Position numbers and translations under genes: made by a program. A stretch of DNA of 64,000 bases from an uncultured virus (IMG/VR IMGVR_UViG_3300042882_001870) (Duplodnaviria; Heunggongvirae; Uroviricota; Caudoviricetes). The notes below the pieces were generated by a model. It did not search any database. It worked only from the letters and a program-made list of their open reading frames with translations, and was not told the DNA's origin. Numbering within the stretch: position 1 is the first letter of the stretch; each line of letters opens with the position of its first letter. Positions 37,001 to 47,500 of the stretch are shown here, in pieces. The stretch lies in the IMG/VR virus record IMGVR_UViG_3300042882_001870; one strand, given 5' to 3'.

Positions 37001-39953
37001 CAACGACGCTTTTATTGCTGAAGAAGCAAATGTTAATAATAAATTAGTGGTTTCGGGGTTAACTGGACAAATAGACCTAAAACCTTTATCAACTAATGTT
37101 AGAATTTGGGACAACAATAATTCAAATTATCATGAAATTGTTACTGGAGATACAACAGCTAATTATTTGTTAAATCTTGCCGCTGGAAATACTACTCTAG
37201 TTCCCGGCACTATGGTTCCAACTTCTTTAACTATTACTGCTTCTGGAGGTATCGCAACCGACGCGACTACCAATTTAAGCGTTAATAGACAGTTCCAATT
37301 AACTGGACAAGCAAGGAGCTTACATGATTTAGCAACTACTGGTCTATTTACCAGAAACTCTGCCGGATCTATAATTTCAAGATCTATCGCTGTTTCTGGA
37401 ACAGGAATTTCTATTACTAATGCTGATGGATCTGCTGGAAATCCAACAATAACTTCTAATGCTACAAGTGCAAATACCGTTTCTACAATTGTTGCTAGGG
37501 ATGCTTCAGGTAATTTCTCTGCAGGAACAATTACCGCATCTTTAAGCGGTAATGCAACCAGCTCATCTAAAGTAAACAGCATTTTAACCAGAGGTACATA
37601 TTTAACAGGCAGCAATTTTGACGGATCTGCAGCAACCACTTGGACAGTAGATGCTACAACAACTAATACAGCAAACAAAATTGTTGCTAGAGATGGATCT
37701 GGTAATTTCTCTGCGGGAACAATTACCGCAGCTTTAAGCGGTAATGCTTCTACTGCAACTACTTTACAAACTGCAAGAAATATTAATGGAGTGTCCTTTA
37801 ATGGTTCTGCGAATATACTCGTTCCAAATCTTTTTGGAACCAACGGAACAACAACACTAAACACAGTAGGTGTTACTTCTGGTGTGAATTATGCAACCAT
37901 AACAAACGCTGCAAACGGATCTCCAGTGTTGATATCAACAGAGGGGCAGTTTGATAGTAATGTTGGTCTAACCATATCTACAAAAGGTACTGGGGCGATA
38001 ACTCTAGATACCGGGGTTGGATTAGGAGCTATAGACCTAAAACCAGGAACTAGTACCGTAAGAATATGGGATACTAATAACACCAATTATTGGGAATTCA
38101 TTACTTCTGACGTAACGTCCAACTATTCTGTTACTCTTCCGGTTGGTAATGTTGTATTAACTGCGGGTACTATGGTTCCAACAAGCAGAACATTGACAAT
38201 AGCGAATGGAACTGGTATTACTGGCGGCGGTTCTGCTACAGATTTATCTACAAATAGATCATGGACTATTGGTTTAACTGGACAAGCATTAAACCTTCAC
38301 GACATGACAACTACTGGATTATTTACTAGAACATCTTCTGGTACAATAACTGCTAGGTCTATCGCTGTTTCTGGAACAGGAATTTCTATTACTAATGCCG
38401 ATGGATCTGCTGGAAATCCAACAATAGCTTCTAATGCTACAAGTGCAAATACCGTTTCTACAATTGTTGCTAGAGATGGATCTGGTAATTTCTCTGCAGG
38501 AACAATTACCTCATCTTATTTTAATTCTTCTGATAATTCAGTTACTACTGGTGTGACTGGAATTATATCGAAGACTTCTGATAATTTTTATAGAACTGCT
38601 AGTGCTGCTGCTGTCGCAAGTTTTATCAGCGGTCAGACAATGAACATCAACGGTACTGCTACTGGTATTGGTGGTGCTGGAACCGTTAGCGTATCGACAG
38701 GATCATTTAGTTCTACTTTATCAGTAACTGGACAATTCTCGTCTTCTACGAGAATACTTGCTACTGGTTCTCAAGCATCGTCTTCTTTAGGAACTTCAAC
38801 AGGTTCTCTTGGTGGTATTGAAATCCAAGGACCAAACAGTTCTTCCGCAGCATTCATAGCATTTCATAGACCAGGAGCTTACGCTACATATTTTGGTCTA
38901 GGAACTAACAATAGACTGCAAGTCGGTGGTTGGTCTGCTGCAACATCATCGTGGAATATTCCGTATTCCACTCTTGGTATAGCATTTGACAACACCGATC
39001 AAGCAGGAACTCCGGCAAGGGTTTGGGGTGGTACAAACGACGCAACAACTTGGTACGAATACACTCCAGCAACATTAACTGTAGGATCGTATTTAACTGG
39101 TTCTAATTATACTGGCTATAACGCAACCACTTGGGCAGTAGATGCTACAACAACTAATACAGCAAACAAAATTGTTGTTAGAGACGGTTCTGGTAATTTC
39201 TCTGCAGGAACAATTACAGCATCTTTATCTGGTAATGCGTCTACTGCAAGTAAAGTAAATAACATTTTAACCAGAGGAACATATTTAACAGGCAGCAATT
39301 TTGACGGTTCTGCTGCAACCACTTGGGCAGTAGATGCTACAACAACTAATACAGCAAACAAAATTGTCGCTAGAGATGGTAACGGACAAATTACTGCTAC
39401 TACCGCAATAATTGGAACCTCCGAATTTAGTAGTGTTGGGACTATTGAACTGGGAAGACAAGGAACAGGCGATAGGGGAGCTTTAATCGACTTTCATTCA
39501 GCAGGAACTCCTGGGCAATATGATTATCATGCTAGAATTATTAAAGATGTTGGTGCTAATGGTAATTTTTGGATGTCTAATATCGGTTCCGGTAATACTG
39601 GAATGTCTGCCGGAACTGGAACTGCAATTTTAAGTCCCTCAGGAGATTTCACTGCTTCTGGAAACGTTACTGCATATTCCGACAAAACGCTGAAAAAAGA
39701 TGTTATTACATTAGAAAATTCTTTAGATAAAGTTTTAAATCTAAGAGGTGTGTCTTTTACCAAGATTGACTCCAATAAGAAAGGAATCGGTGTAATTGCT
39801 CAAGAGGTTCAAGAAGTTCTTCCAGAAGTTGTTGTAGAAAATTCCGATGGAATACTTTCAGTTGCTTATGGTAATATCGTAGGTGTTCTAATTGAGGCAA
39901 TTAAAGAACAGCAAAAACAAATTGACGAACTAAAATCTAAAATAGGAAACTAA
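34086..39953 (+). CDS. Long tail fibre with C-terminal intramolecular chaperone (peptidase S74)
   Basis: ANTRVVTGIVQ repeats, ARDGSGNFSAGTIT repeats, YSDKTLKKDV...GVIAQEV..VLPE...LIEAIKE. Confidence 0.85.
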   Translation: MANNITNIYFSNTFGDLVRTANNLVNAWQYLGFYDWDKPSGTFSISSSGTGFLSNTISVFSRETRVEGVGSSLYVQNNAEVGKTLSLTDRANNVTLYSNGTSIFSGGYQNYASYLTGIGYENVNNSYGIVTLAKSLFANSVDILETANVNLIQANNQIIYYNLSGNTAQFSANVTVGNLVSNNFIYAANNISTNRNLFVSVNSHVIGLSYTDRLQANTSANTRYLSVTDDAFVDYLQANTNLQTGVAVANTRVVTGIVQANNTVIANTVTANSIVTSPTLHGSSNVFSGYVQANTRIVTGIVQANNTVIANTVSANSLVTTPTLHGSSNVFTDYVQANTRVVTGIVQANTNIFTATISANSSIVTPTVQASSNVYTGFLKANNLIVTDVIESQSRVITDTALANTRIITATLQSNNSILSNDILANTRVVTGIVQANTHIYTDYAQANTRVVTGIVQANTNVITNDVLANTRVVAGFVQANNTVISNTISANTVVTSPTLHGSSNVFSGYVQANTRVVTGIVQANNIVHSNTVSANTVVTSPTLHGSSNVFSGYIQANTRVVTETVQSNTNVITNDVLANTRVVTETVQSNTNVITNDVLANTRVVTGIVQANTNVITNDVLANTRVVTGIVQANTRVVTETVQSNTNVITNTVSANSLVTSPTLHGSSNVFTAILQANSAANTQNLSVTQRIFTNDFISNTNILVVNNANTTNLYASNLVQANSVGYLDNSQNPSVYNVYSREALFNNASIVSNMVVGGDLKVLGATQYDGKSIRLSANSPSWWTNTIPAELIVNRKLDEANGIWYSANSDAAISWSDLSLRWRAVDVPNSTANSKIYTNLLLELDIADNLNETSSVRVPSSRVHSLTRTHANSAFLNSNSAYTHANSVYTHANSAITIGTTPVYLNRTNTVFGGISTLSVTGTTLSNFVVANTNVISPIVVSNSLQANNFANTQNLSVTQTIFTRDFRANNDAFIAEEANVNNKLVVSGLTGQIDLKPLSTNVRIWDNNNSNYHEIVTGDTTANYLLNLAAGNTTLVPGTMVPTSLTITASGGIATDATTNLSVNRQFQLTGQARSLHDLATTGLFTRNSAGSIISRSIAVSGTGISITNADGSAGNPTITSNATSANTVSTIVARDASGNFSAGTITASLSGNATSSSKVNSILTRGTYLTGSNFDGSAATTWTVDATTTNTANKIVARDGSGNFSAGTITAALSGNASTATTLQTARNINGVSFNGSANILVPNLFGTNGTTTLNTVGVTSGVNYATITNAANGSPVLISTEGQFDSNVGLTISTKGTGAITLDTGVGLGAIDLKPGTSTVRIWDTNNTNYWEFITSDVTSNYSVTLPVGNVVLTAGTMVPTSRTLTIANGTGITGGGSATDLSTNRSWTIGLTGQALNLHDMTTTGLFTRTSSGTITARSIAVSGTGISITNADGSAGNPTIASNATSANTVSTIVARDGSGNFSAGTITSSYFNSSDNSVTTGVTGIISKTSDNFYRTASAAAVASFISGQTMNINGTATGIGGAGTVSVSTGSFSSTLSVTGQFSSSTRILATGSQASSSLGTSTGSLGGIEIQGPNSSSAAFIAFHRPGAYATYFGLGTNNRLQVGGWSAATSSWNIPYSTLGIAFDNTDQAGTPARVWGGTNDATTWYEYTPATLTVGSYLTGSNYTGYNATTWAVDATTTNTANKIVVRDGSGNFSAGTITASLSGNASTASKVNNILTRGTYLTGSNFDGSAATTWAVDATTTNTANKIVARDGNGQITATTAIIGTSEFSSVGTIELGRQGTGDRGALIDFHSAGTPGQYDYHARIIKDVGANGNFWMSNIGSGNTGMSAGTGTAILSPSGDFTASGNVTAYSDKTLKKDVITLENSLDKVLNLRGVSFTKIDSNKKGIGVIAQEVQEVLPEVVVENSDGILSVAYGNIVGVLIEAIKEQQKQIDELKSKIGN
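34830..36120 (+). repeat. Degenerate 33-bp-period repeats (11-aa ANTRVVTGIVQ / ANTNVITNDVL units)
   Basis: Visible in the protein and in the DNA (actagagttgt..., aatactaatgtaataact...). Confidence 0.85.
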
Positions 39954-39954
39954 T

Positions 39955-40302
39955 ATGTCAGCAGGATATTTAGAATTATTTTTGGAACAAGGGGAAGATT
40001 ATTCCGTTAATATCACATTAGACGGATTAAACGGTTATCCATATAATCTTACCAATTCTAACGTAAAATCTGATATAAGAAAATCTTATTGGTCTGCGAA
40101 CGTTGCTGCTTCTTTTTCTGCAAATGTTGCTAATACCCAATTAGGGATTATAAATTTATCACTATCTGCAAATACTACACAAAACATTAAATCTGGAAGG
40201 TATGTTTATGACGTTTTTATAACAAATACATCAAACCCCACTAATAGATCAAAAGTTTTGGAAGGGATTATTCACGTAGAACCTAGTTCAACTAAAATAT
40301 AA
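39955..40302 (+). CDS. Small structural adaptor protein (Ig-like, baseplate/fibre associated)
   Basis: LEQGEDY, IRKSY.S, I.LSLSA..T, GRYVYDV, VLEGII.V.P. Confidence 0.65.
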   Translation: MSAGYLELFLEQGEDYSVNITLDGLNGYPYNLTNSNVKSDIRKSYWSANVAASFSANVANTQLGIINLSLSANTTQNIKSGRYVYDVFITNTSNPTNRSKVLEGIIHVEPSSTKI

Positions 40303-40314
40303 GTTTGACATTTT

Positions 40315-40322
40315 TATAAATA
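40315..40322 (+). promoter_or_regulatory. Late promoter TATAAATA
   Basis: Exact consensus upstream of 40345. Confidence 0.75.
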
Positions 40323-40344
40323 CTAATAAAATTAGGAAACTAAA

Positions 40345-40632
40345 ATGTCAATCAGAGCAGTATCAGTAAAAGTCAATGGGCAAAACCCAACTAGAGTTGG
40401 TAATGTGACTTATGATAATACTATTAATGTTAAAGTTGATAACCAACAAGATTATTCTGTAAAATCTATAAATTATGGAGCTAAAAAAATATCTCAGTTA
40501 GAAGACGTTTACTCTTTTAGTCCTGTGGACGGTAACGTGTTGGTATTTAATGCTGTAACAGGTAAATATGTATCCAAAAGGATAGACTCTTCTTCTATTG
40601 ACATAAACAATATTGATGGCGGATTATTTTAA
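40345..40632 (+). CDS. Small structural protein ending IDGGLF
   Basis: 95 aa; L.DV...DG.VLVFN..TGKY repeat unit. Confidence 0.65.
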   Translation: MSIRAVSVKVNGQNPTRVGNVTYDNTINVKVDNQQDYSVKSINYGAKKISQLEDVYSFSPVDGNVLVFNAVTGKYVSKRIDSSSIDINNIDGGLF

Positions 40633-40647
40633 AAATTAGGAAAATAA

Positions 40648-42153
40648 ATGGCAAATACAATCATCCAAATAAAACGCTCCCAAACCACAGCGTTACCAAC
40701 CACACTAAATTACGGTGAGTTAGCATATTCGTTCCAATCCGGTAAAATAGCAATTGGTGATGCTACTACTGGAGTTGTTGTTATAGGCGGCAATACCTAT
40801 ACACAAATGCTAGATGCCGCCACTTCTTCTAATACTGGTTCTACCATTGTTAAGAGAGATTCTGACGGAAGTTTTTCCGCCACTGTTGTTAATGCTAGTT
40901 TATGGGGTAACGCTAATACAGCAACGAAATGGCAAACCGCAAGAGACGTATTTGTTTTTGGTGATGCGTCTGGTTCTGCATCTATAGACGGAACTGCTAA
41001 TGCCGGTATTGGATTAACTTTCGCAACAGTAAATAACAACGTTGGAACGTTTGGTGGCGTTTCTCAAATTCCAGTATTTACGGTAAACGGTAAAGGTCTT
41101 GTTACTGCAGCAGCTAATGTTTCCATTGCAACAACACTTAATATAACTGGCGATACTGGTTCTGATGGCGTTTCTCTATTAACAGAGACTTTGAATTTCC
41201 AAGGTGGAGATGGAATTACCACCACAGTAACCGACGATAATATTTCTATATTCGTTGATAATACTGTTATTAGAACTTCTGGCGGACAAACTGTTGGTGG
41301 CGATTTAACAGTTTCCGGCGATTTAACCGTACTTGGTAACACAGTAACAGTTAATACTTCTAGTTTGTTTGTAGAAGACTCTCTAATTAAACTTGCAAAC
41401 AATAATACTTCTGGCGATGGTTTAGATATCGGTTTCTATGGAACTTATAACGACTCTGGAGTTAAATTCTCTGGTTTAGCCAGAACCATTTCGGATTCTA
41501 AACAATATTTCTTATTTAAAGGCTTGGATGACGACCCCACAGGAAATACGATTCCTTCTGCTTCCATTACTGTTGCTAATACCGCAACATTAAGAGCTAA
41601 TGTAACTGGTGGTGTAATATCTAATTTACATCAAGCAATCCAACCTTCAGATGGTGGTACTGGACTAAGAAGTTATACCGTCGGCGATATAATTTTTGCT
41701 AATGGTTCTACTTCTCTAACAGTATTAAGCGACGTTTCTGTTGGTAGCGTTTTACTTTCTGGTGGTACTGGTGTAGCACCTTCTTACGGAAAAGTTGGTC
41801 TAGCCACTCACGTAGCAGATATTCTACCTATCGCTCATGGCGGTACTAATGCTGCGGCAATTGGTTCTGCTGGTTCTGTTGCGTATAGTAATGGTACATC
41901 GTATCTATTCAATACAGTTGGAACAACAGGACAAGCGTTTATATCTGGCGGTTCTGGCGCTCCTACTTTTGGAACATTAGATTTGCTTGGTGGTGGTCTT
42001 GGTTTCACCAATCCAAACGCAAACTCAGCAGTATTCTATTCCGGAAGTGGAAATGCTATGTCTTATACAAATTCTGCTTCTGACGGTCATGTATTACAAT
42101 TTGCTGCGGCAACTGGAGTAAAATTCGGTCATCTTGATGGCGGATCTTTCTAA
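40648..42153 (+). CDS. Tail-fibre-related structural protein
   Basis: MANTIIQIKRS...L.YGELAYS N-module, VED.LIKLA, LPIAHGGT; ends LDGGSF. Confidence 0.7.
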   Translation: MANTIIQIKRSQTTALPTTLNYGELAYSFQSGKIAIGDATTGVVVIGGNTYTQMLDAATSSNTGSTIVKRDSDGSFSATVVNASLWGNANTATKWQTARDVFVFGDASGSASIDGTANAGIGLTFATVNNNVGTFGGVSQIPVFTVNGKGLVTAAANVSIATTLNITGDTGSDGVSLLTETLNFQGGDGITTTVTDDNISIFVDNTVIRTSGGQTVGGDLTVSGDLTVLGNTVTVNTSSLFVEDSLIKLANNNTSGDGLDIGFYGTYNDSGVKFSGLARTISDSKQYFLFKGLDDDPTGNTIPSASITVANTATLRANVTGGVISNLHQAIQPSDGGTGLRSYTVGDIIFANGSTSLTVLSDVSVGSVLLSGGTGVAPSYGKVGLATHVADILPIAHGGTNAAAIGSAGSVAYSNGTSYLFNTVGTTGQAFISGGSGAPTFGTLDLLGGGLGFTNPNANSAVFYSGSGNAMSYTNSASDGHVLQFAAATGVKFGHLDGGSF

Positions 42154-42174
42154 AAAAGATCTTTAGTAAAAACA

Positions 42175-42182
42175 TATAAATA
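42175..42182 (+). promoter_or_regulatory. Late promoter TATAAATA
   Basis: Exact consensus upstream of 42243. Confidence 0.7.
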
Positions 42183-42184
42183 AT

Positions 42185-42226
42185 AACCGTAGGAAGGAAA
42201 AATATATTCTTTTCTACGGTTTTTTA
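42185..42226 (+). terminator. Terminator-like hairpin
   Basis: AACCGTAGGAAGGAA / TTCTTTTCTACGGTT followed by a T-tract. Confidence 0.65.
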
Positions 42227-42242
42227 TTAATAGGGGTGATAA

Positions 42243-42761
42243 ATGAATAATGAGAGATTTTTTAACGCTTATGTTGAATTGTTGACGTCAACCTTTCATG
42301 ACGCTTTGGGAAAAAATATAGTATTCCAAGCGCAAGCAAAAATCAATGCAGAAGATCAAGAAGAATTAAAAAAGAAGGTCGAAATTTTAGAAAATAAGTT
42401 ACAAGAATTTAACGACATAGAAAAGAACATAGAAGAAAAGGACCACCAACTACTCGATAAAAATACAGAAATTGGTAGATTAAAAAACGAATTCGAACAA
42501 ATAAGAGCAGAAACAAACCACTTAAATACTTTTAAGAACGAGTTGATTTCTGCAAGACAAGAATTACAAAATAAAGAAAAAGAAAAAGAAAAACTCGCGT
42601 TAAGATACGAAAAGAAAATAGAAGAATTAAACTCTAAAATAGAATATCTACAAATGACGCCAGCACAAAGAAGAAAATTTGATGCTAAAAACGCTCCCGT
42701 AGTAACTAAAGAAATTAAAGAAGAAGTAGATTCCTATTCTAAAGACGGCGGAACATTTTAA
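42243..42761 (+). CDS. Coiled-coil protein ending KDGGTF
   Basis: E/K/L heptad-rich, 172 aa. Confidence 0.7.
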   Translation: MNNERFFNAYVELLTSTFHDALGKNIVFQAQAKINAEDQEELKKKVEILENKLQEFNDIEKNIEEKDHQLLDKNTEIGRLKNEFEQIRAETNHLNTFKNELISARQELQNKEKEKEKLALRYEKKIEELNSKIEYLQMTPAQRRKFDAKNAPVVTKEIKEEVDSYSKDGGTF

Positions 42762-42771
42762 GAGATATTAA

Positions 42772-43776
42772 GTGGCGAACACAGTAATTCAATTAAAGAA
42801 ATCTATAGTACCTGGAAATGTTCCTAGTAGTTTAGAAAGCGGCGAAATAGCGATTAATACCGCTGACGGTATTTTATTCTATAAAGATCCTTCTAATGTT
42901 ATAAGAACCGTAAGAACAGATACCACAACAAACGCATATTCTGTTCTAAATGTAAATTCTTCATTATTAATTGCAACATCCAATTCTGATATTTTATCTA
43001 TAGACTCTACGGGAGCAATAACATTAACTCCAGATTCTGTTAATGATAAATTTACTATTGGAGTAAAATCCGGAACAGTTTTTGAAGAGGGTGTTGTTCA
43101 ATTATACGATGGAGTTGATTCGAATTCTATTGTGTTAGTAGCAACAGCAAACGCATTAAACGCTGTCTATAACTTAGCAAATTTAGCATTTAACAGTTCT
43201 GGATCTGGTCCTACATCAACAAACTTAGCGTATCAAGAATTCACAGCCGCAAATAATCAAACAGAATTTTCCATTACAAATGGATATAATATAGGTAAAA
43301 TTAAAGTATTTGTAAATGGTGTACTTTTAAATTCTTCCGACTATACGGCAACAAATGGAACATCTATAATATTATCGTCTCCAGCACCTTTAGGTGACGA
43401 CGTTTCAATACAAAAATGGTATAACGATGTAAATGTTGCAAATTCTTATAGTTTAATATATGGAAATATTGATTCGAATAATATAATAACTACGACAAAT
43501 AGCGCAAATCAAGTATTGGATTTATTTTCAACCGCGTTATATAGATCCGTGAAATATCAAATACAAGTCACAAGTTCGACAAGTTATCAAATAAGTGAAT
43601 TATTGTTGATTCATGATGGAACCACTTCTTATATTACAGAATATGGTTTAATTACAACAAATGGCGTATTAATGAGTTATGATACAGACGTTTCCGGAGG
43701 ATCTGTGAGATTATTGATATCTCCTACCAACAATAGCAATAGTATTAAATTCACAAAAACCTCAATTGTAGTATAA
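42772..43776 (+). CDS. Fibre-associated structural protein
   Basis: GTG start; MANTVIQLKKS...GEIAINTADG N-module, VFVNGVLL...DY, C-terminal YRSVKYQIQV...HDG module. Confidence 0.7.
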   Translation: MANTVIQLKKSIVPGNVPSSLESGEIAINTADGILFYKDPSNVIRTVRTDTTTNAYSVLNVNSSLLIATSNSDILSIDSTGAITLTPDSVNDKFTIGVKSGTVFEEGVVQLYDGVDSNSIVLVATANALNAVYNLANLAFNSSGSGPTSTNLAYQEFTAANNQTEFSITNGYNIGKIKVFVNGVLLNSSDYTATNGTSIILSSPAPLGDDVSIQKWYNDVNVANSYSLIYGNIDSNNIITTTNSANQVLDLFSTALYRSVKYQIQVTSSTSYQISELLLIHDGTTSYITEYGLITTNGVLMSYDTDVSGGSVRLLISPTNNSNSIKFTKTSIVV

Positions 43777-43779
43777 TAT

Positions 43780-44517
43780 ATGTCGAATTCAAGAGCAATT
43801 TCAAAAATACCCTCTGGTCAATTATTTTCAAAATATAATGGGGCTAATAGTGGCGCATTATTGATGTTATCTGGAAATAACACAATCGGAGGAACAACAT
43901 ATTTCGATTTATTAAAAGCAACAAATATTGCTCCAGGAACAACCGATCCAAACAAAACGGTTCGTTTAAATAGTACAGGAAGCATCGAAATAATTGATAG
44001 CACCTATACTAATGTTATATTTACAATAACCAACAGCGGCAACATATCAAATAAAGGTACAATTACTCCGGGATCTTATACCGCAGGTCAAGTGATAAAA
44101 GATACTATGTTGGATAATAGTCAAGTTACTGTCGTTAGTACGACTATTGCAACGACAGGATCAACAGTGAATTTTATTACTTATAATTATACTCCTGTTA
44201 GTTCATCGAGTTATTTGATCATTCACTATCATCTATCAAAATATCAACCACAAGGAACCACCGATGATAGTTGGTATTCGCAATTATTAGTTGATAACAC
44301 TGAAATTGCATACGCTTGGCAGATGGCTAATGATAATAATCAGGGTACAAGCGGTCGTTCGGGAGTATTATTCCCATTGACGGGTAGATACACAAATTCT
44401 AGCACATCAACAAAACAAATACAAGTTGGTGCTCGTAGAGACAGCGCCGATGATGGTATAATTATAGATAACTCTCCTACATCTATGTGGTTGCGTATTA
44501 CAGAGATTGCAAGATGA
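43780..44517 (+). CDS. Putative fibre-tip / structural protein
   Basis: 245 aa, beta-rich; G.VI...YTP.SSSS...LRITEIA C-module. Confidence 0.55.
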   Translation: MSNSRAISKIPSGQLFSKYNGANSGALLMLSGNNTIGGTTYFDLLKATNIAPGTTDPNKTVRLNSTGSIEIIDSTYTNVIFTITNSGNISNKGTITPGSYTAGQVIKDTMLDNSQVTVVSTTIATTGSTVNFITYNYTPVSSSSYLIIHYHLSKYQPQGTTDDSWYSQLLVDNTEIAYAWQMANDNNQGTSGRSGVLFPLTGRYTNSSTSTKQIQVGARRDSADDGIIIDNSPTSMWLRITEIAR

Positions 44518-44548
44518 ATTTTCTTTGTTAATATTTTTTAAATCTTAG

Positions 44549-44586
44549 TATAAATACTAAATAAACCTCCGAGGATAGGGAATCGG
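44549..44586 (+). promoter_or_regulatory. Late promoter plus CCGA-GGATAGGGAA-TCGG RBS hairpin
   Basis: TATAAATA at 44549-44556; 18-nt hairpin 44569-44586, 1 nt before the ATG. Confidence 0.7.
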
Positions 44587-44587
44587 G

Positions 44588-47500
44588 ATGTCAACAAAAA
44601 AGTTTACCACTAGGCATGGTATAGATGCCAATTATCAAGATATTGTTTCTGCCAATAATGTATCAACCAATACATTAACAGCTCTTGTTTCTACGGGAAC
44701 TCCACCTCTAACCGTCTCATCAACTACAAAAGTTGAAAATCTCAACGTAGATTTACTCGATGGTTATAATACTGCAACATCAAACGCTGCAAATACTGTA
44801 GTCGTAAGAGATGCAAATTCATTTATTTCTTTAAATGGATTGTATATGAACTCTTCCGAGGGATTGAAAAATATCTCGTGGAATAATACATATTCAACAT
44901 ATGATATGGAACTACTAAATGGAGTTACATTACAAGTAGGACAAGAATCTCATATCTATGGTAGAGCAACAGAAACCATCCAAAATGGTAAAATTGTTAT
45001 GTTCGCTGGCGCTCAAGGAGATGGTCTTCTATTAAGATTAGCAAATACACAAGTTACTGGATTTGAACCTAGATGGATTGTTGGTGTTGCCACCCAAACT
45101 ATTCCTCAAAATAATTGGGGATATGTAACTTGGTTTGGTAAGGTTAATGACGTTGACACGTACAATTATTCTCTTGGAGATATTTTATATCTAGATAATA
45201 ACAATCCTGGAGCATTTTCTAATACAAGACCTACTGCCCCAGATTATGCTATAACATTAGCAGCAGTTGTTAGAGTTTCTAATTCTCCATCTTCTAATAA
45301 TGGCATTTTGATGGTTCGTCCAGATTTTGGATATGAATTATCAGAAGCACGTGACGTTAAGATTACTAATATTTCAGCAAACGATGTTATTATTTGGAGT
45401 GCGAATAATAGATGGGAGAATAAACCTCAATCGAATTTAGATGTTGGCAATTCCGATAAATTAGATGGCGAACATGGTAGTTATTATACAGGGTATACAG
45501 ATACTGCTAATACAAACAATTTAATTTACACCAATAATGTAATAAATTCTAATGTAACATTATTACAGGGAATTAATACTACCCAAAATACTAATATTAG
45601 CAATTTAACATCATGGTTAAGTTCTAATGTAAGTTTGATTGCTGGAGTTGATAATACCCAAAATACAAATATATTATCTATACAGGAAGTAGATAATACT
45701 CAGAATACAAGATTGACTGTTATTGAAGGTGTTGATGTTACTCAGAACACCAATATTAGCAATTTAACATCATGGTTAAGTTCTAATGTAAGTTTGATTG
45801 CTGGAGTTGATAATACCCAAAATACAAGATTGACTGTTATTGAAGGTGTTGATGTTACTCAAAACACATTTACTCAAGCAGCATTTACTCATGCTAATGC
45901 CGCATTCTTATCTTCTAATACTAAATTTAGTTCTTCTGGTGGGACAATCACAGGAGATGTTGTTATTACTGGTAATGTTGCGGTTCAAGGCACTACAACC
46001 ACTCTTGATGTTGATACTATTGCTGTAGAAGACAAGAACATAACTTTAGCAAATGTTGCTTCTCCTACGAATATTACTGCTGATGGCGGTGGTATTACTG
46101 TTAGAGGAACAACAGATAAAACTTGGAATTGGATTAACGCAACTTCTTCGTGGACTTCTAGCGAAAATATTGACATTGCTTCTGGTAAAACCTATAAAAT
46201 TAACGGAATAGATGTACTAACATCCACAACAATATCTAATATACAAGGAGTAGATAATACTCAAAATACAAGATTGACTGTCATTGAAGGAACTGATGTT
46301 ACCCAGAACACAAATATTACTAATTTAACAAGTTGGTTAAGTTCTAATAATACTCTGCAAACAAATATAAACGCGACTCAGAATACTTCTATTACTGCAG
46401 CATTTATCCAAGCAAACTCTGCTTATAACCAAGCAAATACCACAAACACAAACGCTTCTAATGCTTCGAATTTGACTACAGGAACAATTCCGGGCGATAG
46501 AGGTGTTACCGCTGGTTCCACAACTCCATCGTTTATTGAATATAATGGAACTACGAAAACTGCTGGTCAGTTTGATGGTGGTTCAACTGCACCAACAAAT
46601 ACTACTAGATTAAATTACGATGGTAATTTATATGCCACTACGTTCTATGGAGAAGGAACTGGTTTAACTGGAACTGCGTCAAATTTAACTGCCAATGTCG
46701 CTAATTTTGAAGTAATAACCAACGCTACTTCTGGAACATATTATCCACAATTGGTTTCTGCTACTTCCGGAACTCTTGCTGGATATACTAATAATGCGTT
46801 TGCGTTTGATGTTGCAAATGGTAGGTTTGGGATTGCGACAACAACACCAACAACAAAGTTACACATAACCGAAAGCGCCGGTGCTTGTGTACCAATTCTA
46901 ACATTAGACAATTCTTCTGGTTGGGCTACTGGCATCAATTTTAAAGTCAATTATTCTGGTTATACGACTTCAAGAATAGTATACGATTTTTATGGTTCAG
47001 AATTCGCCGGATTGTCTCACGGAATGAATTATGTTTCTGGTAGACCTTCAAATTCCAATCATTGGTTTAGAGACTCAGCAAATAATATCCAATTAGCAAT
47101 TTTAAATTCGGGTAATGTAGTAATTGGTTCTAATACTACAAATTACAAATTTGAAGTTGTGGGGACTGCTAAAGCAAATACATTAACTCTAACTGCAAAT
47201 ACTGCTTCTACTAATACTACAACAGGAACATTAATTGTAACTGGTGGCGTTGGTATTTCGGGTGCATTAAATGCTACCACAAAATCGTTCGATATCGTTC
47301 ATCCTTCCGATCCAAATAAACGATTAAGATATGGTTCGTTGGAATCTCCATATCACGGAGTAAGATTAACAGGTAAAGGAAAAGTTATTAACGGAAAAGG
47401 AGTAGTAACCTTACCATATTACTTTAGAGATTTGGTTCATGAAGAAGATGTTAATATTCAATTAACAAATATTAAACACGGTAAAGTATTATGGGTAGAA

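Noticed and set aside
36389..41402. Minus-strand ORFs within fibre genes (e.g. 37163-37864)
   Set aside because: Antisense frames of Thr/Gly/Ala-rich codons with no independent signals.
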